Source of the DNA: Camelus dromedarius
Lineage: Eukaryota
Direction: 5' to 3'
DNA length: 64,000 nucleotides
Assembly: GCF_036321535.1 (NCBI RefSeq)
Contig: NC_087436.1
Span: 24,306,001 to 24,370,000 of the forward strand
The notes under the pieces were generated by a model, which saw nothing but the letters and a program-made list of their open reading frames with translations, had not been told where the DNA came from and made no database searches. This document shows, one piece after another, positions 50,441-63,835 of this stretch. Positions within the stretch are counted from its first letter, which is position 1. Every line of letters starts with the position of its first letter. The position numbers were made by a program, and so were the translations under genes.

Positions 50441-50542
50441 TTTTATTTTATATTTTATTTTTTTAATAGAGGTACTGGGGATTGAACCCAGAACCTCATG
50501 CAGGCTAAACATGCGCTCTACCACTGAACTATACCCTGCCCT
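50441..50542 (-). mobile_element. tRNA-derived SINE (Vic-1-like) inserted in an L2 remnant (~50195-50870)
   Basis: Reverse-complement head, flanked by ggag(t/c)tgtcatttta repeats. L2 hallmark cattcattcattca...gcactgttctaagtgctgag lies nearby. Confidence 0.85.
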
Positions 50543-50871
50543 CTGGAGCTGTCATTTTAGACAGGGCAGCCAGAGAAGGCCTAACTAAGAAGCTGTCTGG
50601 TGAGTAAAAACCTGAAGGATGTATAAAGGACCTATTCATGAGGATGTGGGAGGAGGAAGCACAGCAGAAAAGCATTCCAAATGAGGGAACTGAGAAGTGG
50701 AAGGATCTGAAGCATGTTCAGAGAATGAGGACTTGCAAGGTGGCCAGTGTGGCTAAGTGGAATGGAGAAGAAGGAGAGTAAAAGTTGGAGATTTCAGAGA
50801 GGAAGAATGTTTATGCAGGGATGGGCTAGATCACGCAGTAAGATTTTGGCTATTCGAGTGAGTTGGGAAGT

Positions 50872-51480
50872 TGTAGTGGATGCTCTTGATGCTCTGACCA
50901 GGCCCCTTTAACTGTGCCATTTACTTTCAGCTGCTGTGTTACACACACAGCCCACCCCCAGCCTCATCTCAGGCAGCTCACAAAGGATGACTGGCTTATA
51001 CAAAAGGTAGGGCCAACCTGTGGGACCACTCAGAGCTCCCCAGGGGCTCAGGCTGAAGCTGGTTTCCAGCTGAGATTACATCCTTGCTTAACTTTCCCTC
51101 CTGTTCTATTCTGCTTGCCTTCTTCCTATTCTCCTGAGAGCATCTCTTTAACAAATCACCTGTCCCCAAATTCCTGTTTCAAGCAGTTTCTAGAAACTCC
51201 ACCTAGATAATTGGTACTGGACATAGTCCTAGGAAGCTGACTCTAAGAATAGGCTTCTGGAATTGTATCACTCTCCAGCTAGATGGGGATGAGGACCCCA
51301 TCACCGGTGGTAGGTGGAAGATTGCTGGTCCCTGGCCTTCTGTAGCAGAGTGGCTGCTAAGATTTTCATCCATGGTAAACTAGGGTAGGATATAAATGGA
51401 AGGTGATATACTGGCTGGTTTAATGCCTCTGGAATTTGAGAGGTACAAAGAAAAAATAACTCTAAGGATTTAATCATTGC
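50872..51480 (+). mobile_element. ERVL-class LTR (LTR16-like) plus start of internal region
   Basis: tgtagtggatgc...ggctgaagctggtttccagctgaga...ctcctgagagcatctctttaacaaatcacctg...tagaaactcc, then ttggtactgga..tagtcctaggaagc...gatgaggaccccatcaccggtggtaggtgga. Confidence 0.65.
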
Positions 51481-51674
51481 AGAGCAACATTCAGTTCTGA
51501 GGTACAAGATGTACCCTGGATTTGTTTTGAATTTGTTGCAATACCAACTCTGCATTAGACTCATAAATTAAGGGATGCTGTTTCACTAAACATTCTGTAA
51601 GATGCAGCAGAAACACAACCCAGTACCACTCATACAACCTCAACACACATACAAAAATGCATTCATCTCCACTG

Positions 51675-51965
51675 TTTCAGTTAGGATGGTTTGTGCTGCA
51701 AATAAAAGAAACTAACTCAAAATAGATGAAACAAAGGAGATAGTTATTATCTAGCCAGCTATCTGGAGTTCAGGCAGCTTTCGGGTTAGTTTATTCTGTG
51801 GCTCGGTCATCAAGAACCAGATTATTTCTATTATTCTGCTCTACTCTCAAGAATGTTTTTGCTTTCTCCTTGGTAGGCTTTCCTCATAATCACAGGATGA
51901 AATCACCATAATTCTAGGTATTTTATTCAGCCACAATAATGCCCCCTGGAAGTCTTTCAAAAAGA
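51675..51965 (-). mobile_element. MLT1J-like LTR remnant
   Basis: tcagttaggatg.tttgtgctgcaaataa.agaa...aactcaaa...ggcagctttcggg...tggctc.gtcatcaagaacc. Confidence 0.6.
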
Positions 51966-51999
51966 AGAATTCCTTTGTCTTAAAAAAAAATTTTAATAT

Positions 52000-52772
52000 A
52001 TATATTTTTTTCTTTTTAATGTTATATTGTGGAAATTTTCAAACAAGAGTAGAGAGAACAGTATAAGGAATCTTCATGTGGCCTCAATTATCAATTCTTG
52101 GCAAATCTTAGATTCATAGTCCTGCCCACTTAATCTTCTACCACCACCACTGCCTGTTTGTAAAATTTTAATGATAATAACAATAATAATTCTTTAGTAT
52201 TACTAATTATCTAGTCAATAATCAAATTTCCTCAACTGCCTCATCAAAGGTTTTCTCTCCTTTTCAGTTTGTTTTTTAGCCCAGAATCTGAAGTCCACAA
52301 ATTGCAATCGGTCAAGACATCCCTAAATCTCTTTTTCTACAGGTTTCCCCTTTTGTTTTTTCTTGCAGTTTATTTATTTTTTAAAATAAACTGGCTCATT
52401 TGATCTGAACAATTTTTCAGTCTGGATTCTGCTTATTGCAACCACCTGGTTTTTTTTTTGTTTTTTGTTTTTTTTGGTTTATTTGTTTTGTTTTAACATG
52501 TTCCTCTCCCCTGTACTACCCATCAGTTGGTATTTAGATCCAGAGGTTTGATCAGATCTAGGTTTATTGTTTTGACAGGAATACTTCAGAGGTGGCATTC
52601 ACACTTCCGTCAGGACTCACAATGTTTAATTGCTTTTCTCTTTGTGATATTAGAAGTCATTGATCCATTATTTCATTAGAAGCTGTGAAATGGTGATATT
52701 GTAATCATTATTTATTAGTGGGACTACTTCTGTAAAGGGGAACTTCTTTCACCAACTGTTCAGTTACACTGG
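52000..52772 (-). mobile_element. L1ME-like 3' fragment
   Basis: ttatattgtggaaattttcaaaca..agtagagagaacagtataa...cagtctggatt.tgcttattgca. Confidence 0.65.
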
Positions 52773-52779
52773 GGTTGAA

Positions 52780-53240
52780 TATAGCTGCAGATTCTTCCCC
52801 CATATGTGCACTCCTGGGAAGTGTGACTTTACATTCCTTCCCATCAAGAGATGGAGACTATTTTTTCACTTCCTTAAATTCAGCCTTGTCTTGTACTTTG
52901 CTTGGTAGAATGCTGTGGGAGTAACTTTGTGAGAGTTCTTCCAATCTTGGAACCCTGAGAACTGCCAAGTGAAAAAGCCTGGGCTACTCCATGAGGATGA
53001 GAGACCATGTGGAGAGAGAGGCCCTGCCTAGAGTGGGAACCAGCCCCAGCTCTGTGAGTGAGGCCATCCTAGACCAGACATGCCTGATGGCCGCAGTCGT
53101 CAGAATGACCCGGCAAGACCAGATAAGAACCATCCAGCTGAACACAGACTAAATGGCTGATCTACAGAACCGTGAGCAAAAAAGATGGTTGTGTATTAAG
53201 CCATGAAGTTAGGACAGTTTAAGCAGCGAGATGTAGTTAA
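52780..53240 (+). mobile_element. MLT1F/G-like LTR
   Basis: ttcccatcaagagatggag...gtgagtgaggccat...cagctgaac.cag.ctaaat.gctga.ctacagaaccgtgagcaaa..gatggttgt..ttaagcca. Confidence 0.7.
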
Positions 53241-56200
53241 GATGATCAGGAAAGAAAACTGAATTTGGTGCAGCCCAGCTTTCACGTGTTGTATTTAACT
53301 AGAATGAAGAAAGAATTAGCTGTGCCCGCAGATCCAGAATTTGTCTGGTTTAACTTTCTGGCCAATAGTTTGCCTTTCCTGAAATTTTTTTTAGAACTAC
53401 GAAATGCCAAGTGTAACTGCATACAGAAGGATTTTTTTTTCCTTTTAAAATTCAATGTTTATTCAAAACCACATTTTGAAGTCTAAAAGTAACCTATATT
53501 GTATTAACCTTTTTTGACTAACACCCAGTGTAATGAAAGTTTAACAACAGTATTCTATAAGCAGCATTTTAATTATCAGACCATTGACTGATTTTAACAG
53601 AATTAAAAAATACATTAAGAAAGTCAAAATGGGATAAATAGAGTGTGGGGCCTAGAATGGGAAACCCATTGCAAAAGATAAAAATTGGCAGCAGAATTAG
53701 ATAACCAAGTTACTTCTCTTTGATAAAGACAGGAATATAAAGGAAGAGTAAGTTTAGAAAAACTCAACACGCTTTCTAACCAATGACATGCCCATGATAT
53801 TTAAATGTTACTTAACTGTTGAAAGAAATGTATGGAGCAGTCTCGAACAATGGGTCTGCAGTAACTACTGTTTTCCCAAAACGTGAATTTTCTATTACAA
53901 AGTACAGTGTATTCCACAGCCAGCTTTTGAGAGTTGAAGCTGGATTCAGGGAAGATTAGTTTCTGAATGTGTTAGTAATTTCTGTGCCAAGTATGTGTCC
54001 TGGTAGATAGCATCTGTTGGCCAGAAGCAACACTGTCCTTCATAATACAGCAAATTGTCCCTCAGTTAGAAGTAGAGGGACAATTTCTTTAGAGAAATTG
54101 TCTAAAGAAATTTTTATTTAACTTTGGGGATAAGGTTTTACTGAATAAGTTGGAGGAATTTAGACAGTTTTAAATATTATTATTTGAATGTGGATATCTA
54201 ATTTTAAATATCCATTATCCAAATTAATGATTAAACTAATACAAAAAGTTAACTTATATTTTCTGAGATCTTTTCATATAGATAGTGATTTCTGGGGTGA
54301 GGGAAGGACATGAAGAGAAAATTAGCATTTTTCTTTATCAAGTGACATGAAGATGGCAAGACTGTGGGCATTATTGCTGTCCCTTTAAGAATGAGAATCC
54401 CTCCTCACATATCAGAAATGCTTTCATTCAGAACTAGGGAAAGCCTCTTCCTTTAGAGGGGACGATTCTGTGTGGACTGTGGTAATATCTATTATGCCTC
54501 AATCAGAAGCAAACAAACAAAAAACAAATAGAATGACCAATTAACCTGATTTTTAAATTTCATCTTTAGATAATAATTATGATAGTTGATTGAATTAATC
54601 ATGCAGTGATTTTAGTCTATTATTGAGATATTTAGAATAATAGGTTTTACAAAGCCACAACCCAGTTATTCTATTCACATAGTAATTCAATAAGGAAAAT
54701 ATTACTTTTTTTTTTTTTTTAAAGAACTCAAATCCTAGCGAAATATTCTGGAACTAAGCTTTTTAAAATTCACCGCCATCGCACCTCTTACTCCTCCCAG
54801 TCAGAAGACTCTTATCTTCACACTGTCTCCAAACTGTTACCTTAGTTCAGTTTCTCACACCTGCAACCACTTAGCAAGTCTCCCTACTATTCAATTCAGA
54901 GTTATCCTTTTAAAATGGTTGAGTTGATCACATTACCTACTATTTTAAAACTTTTCACGAGCCCACCAGTATCTGACTGAGGATATCTGAATTTGTTACT
55001 TCTTTACCATCAAAATTCTTATTTTACAGTATGACATTCAAGGCCCTCCACAAACCACAGCTGTCTAGTCCCTCTTCAATCTTATTTTTCGTCCCTATTT
55101 CTATTTGCCTGCAGCTTTCAGCCACCTTCACTCAACTGGTCCAGGCAGTCTGAATGATTTAGCAGCATTATGACTTGAACTTGCCATCCTGTTTTATGCC
55201 TCAAAGGTTTTGTTCACGTCGTCCACTCCACCTGGAAAGACACTCGCAATCCCTAAACCGGCTCAACTTCTTCTAATTACTCAGCTCAAACATTATCTGC
55301 TTTACAACACTTTTCTTCAGCTGACTGAGCTGAAGCTATCACACCTGCCTTTGTGTCATTCTATCCCTTAGTCTATTATTGCATTTACATTCTAGTTTTC
55401 AATTATTTGTTCATATTTTAGAATCTCTGAATAGAAAGAGAGTTGCCTGAGAAGAAGGAACACATTAAGGCCCTCAATCAGTGTTTGTTTAATGAAATCA
55501 TGATGCTCAGGGAGTTATGTTCTGTTTTATAGAGTTGATCTCTTTGAAACTGCTGATATTTGGCCATTTTTAATCTACAGAAAGAGCAATTTTAATATAT
55601 GTATGATCGAATCACTATGCTGTACACCAGAAACTAACACAGCATTGTAAATCAACTATATTTCAATTTTTAAAAAATCAGCACTTTTATAAAATTCAAC
55701 CTAAATATATTCCAAGAGGTAAATCTTGAGAAAAGCTCAGATTGTTAACTTCACCCAAATACTTATAATTTCTAATGTAAACATAGAATTTACTCAGATT
55801 ATTTGGAAAATCAACTGAAGAAATTCCCAAATATAAATGTGGGTTTTTTTCATAATCAGCCTATATTTTTATTTTCTTAGTATAAAGCCCACTTGTTATT
55901 CTGAATTGAATTTTCATTCCATTTACACTTTTTATATTTTTTGGAAAGCATTACATTTATAGATAACTTGCTCAGGTTTCTACCCAGATCCTTTTCCCTT
56001 CATATCTTTGTTAATAGTCTGGGGAGGGCAAGCATAGGGTTTTGGTTCAATAGGGCTCTGGGAAGCCTTTTCAGCTTTAGAACAAGCATCACCACATTAA
56101 TCAATTTACATGAGAACTGTAGCTGCAGGCAGATTCCAGTGCAATTACATGTGCCACCTCACATTATTTTAGCTTCACTGTTCCCAAAGAGATGGTTTCC

Positions 56201-56689
56201 CAAGTATTTAAACATGACTCTTCATAACAAAGACTGTCTCTCTCTTAAGCTGAAAGTTGAACAGAAATACCCAATATCTTCATATTACTCCTTAAAACTT
56301 ATTCAAAAATCAAGTCAATATAATAAAGTTGACATGAGAGATTATGTAAGCTCTTGAGGAGACATTTCTTGTCCAACAATAACTCACTTCAAAAGATTTT
56401 CCATGAAAACAGCAGTAATGAAGCAGGGTTCCCAGTACCATCTTAACTCTTTTCTACCTATTGGCTATTACGGTTTACAGTAATATTTTCTGTTTCTCCC
56501 TAAAAATCAATTTCCTTGTAACTCAGCATTAATTGGAAGCAGAACTTCTCATACTCTTGACAGCACATGCAGTTGGCCATCATCTGGACTGTGTGGAGTA
56601 TTTTCATGTGGATGAGTTTTGTATAGTCAAGTTTCCATCATTTTCTGTGTAATATAAATATATGGCTAAAATTCTAGGTTAAAAAATGA

Positions 56690-57860
56690 AGGTAGTTGTG
56701 TGTGGTGGGAGGACTTACTATACTAGATACAAAGACTTATAAAACTATAGCAGTTAAGATAGTTGGTATATGTGAATAGATAAAAAATAGCAATGGAAAA
56801 GAACAGGCAGCTGAGAAACAAGCTCACACATATATGAAAAGGAGTACTATGACTGATTTGAAATCAGTAAGGGAATGATGAACTCTTTAGTAAGTGGGGC
56901 AGAGACTATTAGGTATCTACATGGAAAAATAAAATAAAAGTAGCCTCTTACCTTACAACATACACACACACAAATTCCCAATGGATTAACAATTTAAAAG
57001 TGAGAAGAAAAACTCTAAAATTTTTGGAAGAAAATATTTCTTTGACTTCAGAAAAGGGAAAGATGCCTCAAGATACAAAAATGCTAAACAGAAGAAAAGG
57101 AGTGATACCTTAGATTACATTAATATAAAAACTTCTATACAATAAAAATAACCATGGTGAAAGTGAAAAGATAAAGAACAAGATATAAAACCAACAGAGT
57201 ATAAGAATCTGGGATATTTCAAGAATTTCTACCAATGAATAAAAAAAGAAACATTCTAAGAAATTCACAAAGGATAAGAATTCACAGAAGAAAGCTGAAT
57301 AGCTAACACATTAAAAAAAATTTTAATTTTTATTTGTTCATTTATTTACATGGGACGGAGGTAATTAAGTTTATTTATTCATTTATTTTTTGTAATGGAG
57401 GTACTGGGGCCTGAACCCAGGACCTCCTGCATACTAAGCATGCACTCTACCACTGAACTATACTCTCCCCTCCTCTGAACAGCTAACAAATTTATGAAAA
57501 GATCCTCAGTTTTACTGGTAACCAATGAAGGGCAAGCAAAAACAATAATACGCAAAAAATGTACACTTATCAGATTTGTGAAAATTTCAAAAATCTAATA
57601 TGAGGTGATGTGTTTGTATAATCAATGTTTATTGATAGACACAATTTGAAAAGGAATTTAACAATATCTAGTAAAGATGAAGCTACTCATACCCTATGAC
57701 CCAACAATTCCATTTCTAGGTATGTATTTTAGAAATGGAAACTCACATGTGCTCAAGGTGATACATACCAGAATGGGCACAGAAACACTGTAATAATGAA
57801 AAAATTGAAAGCAACCTAAGTGAATATCAATAGAAAATGGAAAAATAATTTGTGGTTGGT
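56690..57860 (+). mobile_element. Old L1 ORF2 3' remnant interrupted by a SINE
   Basis: ggaggacttactatactagat.caaagacttat..aaaactatagcagttaaga...cataccctatgacccaacaattccatttctaggtat. Confidence 0.75.
57321..57473 (-). mobile_element. tRNA-derived SINE (Vic-1-like)
   Basis: Reverse-complement head, flanked by ctgaa(t/c)agctaaca repeats. Confidence 0.87.
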
Positions 57861-59333
57861 CAGTAAAGTTTTATCCTGGGAAATTAAGATTCTATGTGGA
57901 TATTAAAGTTATTCTGGTTGAGTCCCTTATTTATTTTTCTAGGAAAACAACTTACATATAATAAGAGCTTTATATATCAATTATATATTCCACATTAATA
58001 AGAAAAAGTTTAGTGTTTTACATTAACAGTCAGGTGAGAGTGGTTAAATATGACAAAGTTATTGAGCAAAATCAACCTCCAATGGAAACATAATTTATAG
58101 TTTAAACAAACTTAATTTTCTACAGCAAACATTTTAACTAATGTAATTACCTATTTAAGTAAACCTTGAAAGGGTGTTTTTTTCTTTGTTTGCTGCTTTT
58201 TATTAAACAAACTTAGAAAAGCAATTTTCTATTGATAAGATAGGTAAACATATATAGATTTCACTTAAATTTTTGGTAACTGGTATGCAAATATAGTGTT
58301 TATCCTAATATTTCTTTCCAAAGAAAGGATAATTGTTAATCTGGTGCTTGAAGTTCTGAAAATCTCTGTTTCTTGTTTTAATAGCTTCTTAACAATTTTT
58401 ACTAAGTGCCATTGAAATTTAGGATCTATTATTTCAAATTTTCTTATCGTCAGAAATGAGTAAGAAATTTGGAGGATTATACATTTGTATCTGTATAAGC
58501 AGGAAAGCCGCAGGGAAAAAAATAATGTGACTTTAAACCTTTCACTCAAAGTTAACCACTCACTACACTGACTTCACTTATAATTTTAGTGTTAAAGGAG
58601 AATGCATATTATATTTCTTTAACATGGAAAAGAAATACAGTGATGAGAGTTCACTCAGTCATGATGAGATTGAGTCCTTCTTACAACATCTTAGGCCTCA
58701 GTAAACGTCAGAGAGAGAATCCTTTTCTGCCTCCCTGCATGAGCCCAGGGTACTATGTAGGAGACCCAGAAAACATGAATAAATGGCATTTCCGGGAAGG
58801 CATTTCCCTATCGCATTCTCCACATTCAGAAAAGATAAAACCAGCTAGGCACTTCCCCAGGCTCGTCACGCTTGGAAGCAGAGCTGCAAGCGACAGCCAA
58901 AATGTTCTCCACAGCCAAAAGCTGCAGACAAGAAGCTGCCTTCCCTCTCCCTTGGACTGCTGGGATGTAGGAGGCAAGAGAGTGTGGTCTCAGATACGAA
59001 TGGTAAATAACTCAGTGAAAGAGGTGTCTAATTATGGTGGCACAGATAGAGGGATGATAGTTATTGGGGGTTTTTTTTTTTTCCTCTTTGGGATTTTAAG
59101 AATTGGACATTACTTACTTTTTATCTCCCTTTGGTAAGTTTTAATTTAAAAAAAAAATTCCTTTTCCCTGAATGGCTTGAAAACATTTGATTTTCTTCCA
59201 GACATTTTATTGAAGCAATTTCCTGCTTCATTTTTTAAAAATGTAAAATGTGGGATGGGGATAAAGAAAGATCTACCTGACTCTAGGACAAATAATACTT
59301 TTATATAAGGCCCTCTCTAAAGTATCCCAAGAA

Positions 59334-59452
59334 GGGAGGAGGGTATAGCTCAGTGGTAAAGCATATGCTTAACATGCAAGAGGTCCTAGGTTCAATTCCC
59401 AGTACCTCCACTAAAGTAAATAAATAAATATCCTTAATTACTGCCCCCAAAA
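59334..59452 (+). mobile_element. tRNA-derived SINE (Vic-1-like) with perfect 15-bp TSD
   Basis: TSD AAAGTATCCCAAGAA at 59319-59333 and 59453-59467. Head gggtatagctcagtggtaaagcatatgcttaacatgcaagaggtcctaggttcaattcccagtacctcca. Confidence 0.9.
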
Positions 59453-60867
59453 AAAGTATCCCAAGAAAAGCACATGCTCACCATCTTTTATAATTGGTTA
59501 AAAATCTGTCACCTGATTGCCCTACAATCAACAATGAAAAAGATTCCAGCTTCATTTTTAGGTTGCCCAGGCTATATGACCGGATACTTGCCTAAGATTC
59601 CTTTCTGGAATCTGTGACAGGCTCTGTGATTTGAGTGATCAAAGGTGGCCCGTGGTTATGTCCCTCTGCATCTGAGTAACCCTATCAAGTGGAAATTTAA
59701 GAACAATTTTTCTCCTTGGCCATAGGTGTTGCAGGCTTGAGGCTAGATTCTCATTTTTTGTGGTCAGCAGGGAATTGGGAATGTGCCATCCTGAACTTGG
59801 AAGAGAAAGAAAGGGTCCAGATTCTCCAAAGCAGGTTATAATTTCCTGCCAGTTTCCCTGCCATACAGCAGAAACCCTTATTGAAAATAAAAAGAAAGAT
59901 GATTATCCTCATTCTTAGGCTTTTCTGAGCAGAAAAAGAGAGCCGAGAATTTTGTGTCCTCTTTGAAAGAAGACAACTGAGCAGTGTTTCTCAAATTTTT
60001 TTCCTTTTGATGACCAGTGGAAAACTTTGCATGATCAAGGCTTGTCGTTAGTAGAGTTCTCTAAGTAACCTCGTTAACCAAATGTTCAAATCAATTAACT
60101 GCTTTTCAAGACTCTGAATAGCATTTATTAATGGACATTTATTGAACTGCCAGCTATGGTATTGGCATTGTGCTAGGTATGTGGATAGACTGAGAAGCTT
60201 AATCCAGTTAACCTGTTAAGGCAAGGGCTGAAAATAAACTGACAATGTCCACTTCATCTTTTTGGTCTTAACTATGCCAATTTAATTAAAATTCTCTTTA
60301 TCTAAAATACTGCCTTTTATTTAATAATAGGCATTTTACTTTGGTTTATGTATAACATCAAATAAAGAATATTTAGCACTTCTCCAAAAAAAAAAAAAAG
60401 TGGAGAAAGACAAATAAACAAAATGTGCTACAAAATGTGTTACAACACAGAAATGTGAAAGCAGCTATGGGAGTCTATAGGAAGAGGGGGAAGTGGATCA
60501 TGCTCATAGAAGGCTTCCTGGCTAAGATGATTTCTCACTTGCGCTTTAAAGGATGAGTAGGGTACCCAGATGAAGAAGAGGATATGGGTCAGTGGGCATT
60601 CCAGGTGAAGAGAGCAATCAGGGTGACCATTCAGTCTAAAATGTTTGGTGTCTGCAGGTGATTCCTGTAGGTGGCACTGCTACTGTTCTAATTAGGGTGT
60701 ATGCCACCATGTACGCTGGATGAGCTACCTGGAGCTCTAATATCGTGGAATATAACCCTAATCATCACAGAGCAGGGGCCTGTTTGGACAGGACCATTGC
60801 CTTTCTGGCCCTTTTATACAGTTAATGCTGTCTTCATGCCTAAAGCATTTCCACGCTTTCACATGAA

Positions 60868-60900
<33 letters not shown>

Positions 60901-62468
60901 TAATGTGGGTGTTACATAATCAGAACACCAGTACCTAGAGGCAACTCTTTTTGCCATTAGTCAAATATTTTATTGACTACTGTCTCAGCTAAGCCACCTG
61001 GATTGCACTGTACTACTTTTCAATCACTAAAAGTTTCTCTTTATTTTAAGGTAATAGAATATATAACAATTATGATATTCTTGGGCATTTTCTTGGTTCA
61101 GAGAGAGAAAAACATAATAAGGCATTTTCTTAGATGTTTTGAATTTAAATCTTTACTTTTCAGGAGGAATAATACATACACCCATGGCCTAACCACTATA
61201 TTCTAAATACAACCAATGTAAAAGGTAGTTTTAAAAAAGTATCGTTATTTTAAAGGATATTCTCTGACATTCTTCCCATCTCTCCCCACTCTCCCCAAAG
61301 GGGAAAAAAAAACAACTCTAAGCAAGATTATAGCTGTGTTTCTGAGCCACATAAAGGATCATTTCTGTTTCTGAAATTTGGCATAGCTCTATCTAGAAGC
61401 CCATCTGTGCTGTGCTCTGAAAGGTCGCTCTCTTGGAGGGCATATATTAGCAGGGGGGATCAGTTAAATCATTCCTGGGCATCAGTGGGATGACAGGGCA
61501 CCCTCACTCTCGACTCTCTAGCATGGGCTAGTAAAAAGCTTTCCTACTACGTGAAATCATGCTTGACTCATTGCTCACTGACTTCCAGACCTCACCTGCC
61601 TTTCACTGTGGCCTCCAGGGCCCTTGCCTCCCTGCCAGGACAGCTGCTGTGCTGCTGAAAACCAGGTAGCACAGTAAGCCAAGGGCCTGGCTGCTGCCCA
61701 CTCATACACTCATTCTTTCATTCATATACCTTTCCACAAGTAGTTATTAAGTGCCTAATACATGTCAGGCACTGTTCTAAGCAGACACCAAAACAGACAA
61801 AAGTCCTAGTCTTCAAGAGACTTCTATTTGAAGGTGTATTTCTGTTAGCTCTGGTGCCCTGCTTTCTGTTTCCATGGCTACTGATAGAGGTGTCTGCCAG
61901 CGTGGCTGGGGTTCTGTGTTTCTTCTAGGCACTTTGCTCCACTGTCACTTTTAGAAGTGGCCTTCTCAGTACAGTGTTTCTAATTCATTACATGCAGACA
62001 TTTTTTTCCCCAAGGTATTCCATAGTATTTAGGTAGGGAGAAATTCCTGCCTCAACTCATACTGTGCCCCAAGTCAACATTTACTTCCAGTGATTCAGGT
62101 GCTACGGAAAGGTCTGGGTCATCAGCTAGATTGTCCCTTCTCTATGGTAAATTTCTTCTCAACAATTTTGCTCTCCCACTGTCATTTTAATATCTGATTC
62201 CTACCAAGCTCCCCACAGCCATCTTTGCCATCAGACATGTGCTAACAAATGTGAAACGTAAAAGGAAAGATCTACATCCCAACCTCTAATCTCACAAAGG
62301 TTTCCCCCCACCAATCCTATATAAATTTGTAAATGCAGATAAAAATGACAATAGAATACCTTCCAGCTTCACTAGACAGAATTTAGCTCAAATGCCAGTG
62401 GGTATTACCTCTCTTTATCTAAGTGTCTAAGGCCCAGTCTTTGTTGAGCTAAAAAGTCTCCTGTTATA

Positions 62469-63037
62469 GATGACTGGATAAAGAAGTTGTGCGTGTATAT
62501 ATATATACACACACACACATATACACACACACACAATGGAATACTACTCAGTCAAAAAAAATAAAGTAATGCCATTTTCAGCAACATGGATGGACCTGGA
62601 GATCATCATTCTAAATGAAGTTACCCAGAAAGAGAAAAAAATACCATATGCTATCACTCATATGTGGAATCTAAAAAAAAAGGACACAAATGAACTTATT
62701 TACAAAACAGAGACAGACTCACAGATATAGAAAACAAACTTATGGTTACCAGGGGGAAGAGGGATAAACTGGGGAGTTTGGGAATTGTACATACAAACTA
62801 CTGTATATAAAAGAGATAAACAACAAGGTCATACTGCATAACACACGGAACTATATTCAATATCTTGTTTATGGTCTATAATAAAAAAGAATAGAAAAAA
62901 ATGTATATATATGTATATGTGTGTGTATATATATAAACTTAATCACTATGCTGCACACCAGAAATTAACAGAACATTGTAAATTGACTATACTTCAATTT
63001 TTAAAAATTAATTAGAAAAATAAAACAGTTAAAAAAA
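62469..63037 (+). mobile_element. 5'-truncated L1 insertion (ORF2 end plus 3'UTR) with TSD
   Basis: ORF 62536-62730 (MEYYS..KKNKVMPFSATWMDLEIIILNEV) is the L1 ORF2 C-terminus. TSD CTCCTGTTATA at 62458-62468 and 63038-63048. Confidence 0.9.
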
Positions 63038-63519
63038 CTCCTGTTATATATGAAATACCATAAACATTTTACTAAAGGTGATTTTTAAAAAGTAATTTGA
63101 ATATTTCCTGGTTTTTATTTTAAATTAAGCTTCTTCCAGTTTTTATTATGGAAGTAATATATAATAATTTATAATTAGAAATTAAACATAGAAAGACAAG
63201 AATATAAGCCATGTTCCACTATCCAAAGGAAATGAAACTTATAATTCCATTGCATTTTATGCATTTTGACTTCCTATCTCTCAAAAATGTTTTAAATTAA
63301 TTTTAATCAATTATTGCCCCCCAAAATACAGAAAGACATAGAGTATCAAAAACTTCCCAGTTTTCCCCCACAATAGCATTTCCTAGAGTTAATCACTAAA
63401 TAGTGGCTATCCTCCTAGACATTTCTATGCTTACATAAACTTATGTTTTCAATCTTTTTGAATGCATAGGTTTTTTGGGGGGTTGTTTTATAAAATGTTA
63501 CATTTCTTTTTTTCCCCAA

Positions 63520-63835
63520 CATGTCTTTGTTGAGGTCTGTTTTATAAATCACATAATCCACTAATTTCAAGTGTACAATTCAATTATTTTTAATAGTTAT
63601 TTTACTATTTTATATGTGCAATTGTCACCATATATGCGTTGTAGAACAGCCTCATCACTCAGTAAGATCCCTCACACACATTTACTGTCAATCCCTTTTC
63701 CCCTGAGCCCCTACCCCGGGCAAATACTAATTTACTTTCTGTTTAGAGCTTTGCCTTTTCTGGATATTTCATATAAATGGAATCAGACAACATGTGGTCT
63801 CTTGTGTCTACTTTATTTCACTTAGCAGAATATGT
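63520..63835 (-). mobile_element. L1MB/MC-like 3'UTR fragment
   Basis: caagtgtacaattcaat.atttt...ttgccttttctggatatttcatataaatggaatca.acaa.atgtggtc...ttcacttagca. Confidence 0.8.

Noticed and set aside
58589..59137. 182-aa ORF, or a possible ELF2 exon
   Set aside because: Non-ATG start, no ETS or other recognisable domain, and no CpG island. No ELF2 sequence was identified in the window.
59334..59412. tRNA-like heads of the SINEs as real tRNA genes
   Set aside because: Each has an A-rich tail and usually a TSD, with mismatched stems. They are SINE copies, not tRNA genes.
60869..60898. 30-nt poly(A) run as the tail of a retrocopy
   Set aside because: No recognisable upstream body or poly(A) signal; treated as a simple homopolymer or an extremely truncated insertion.
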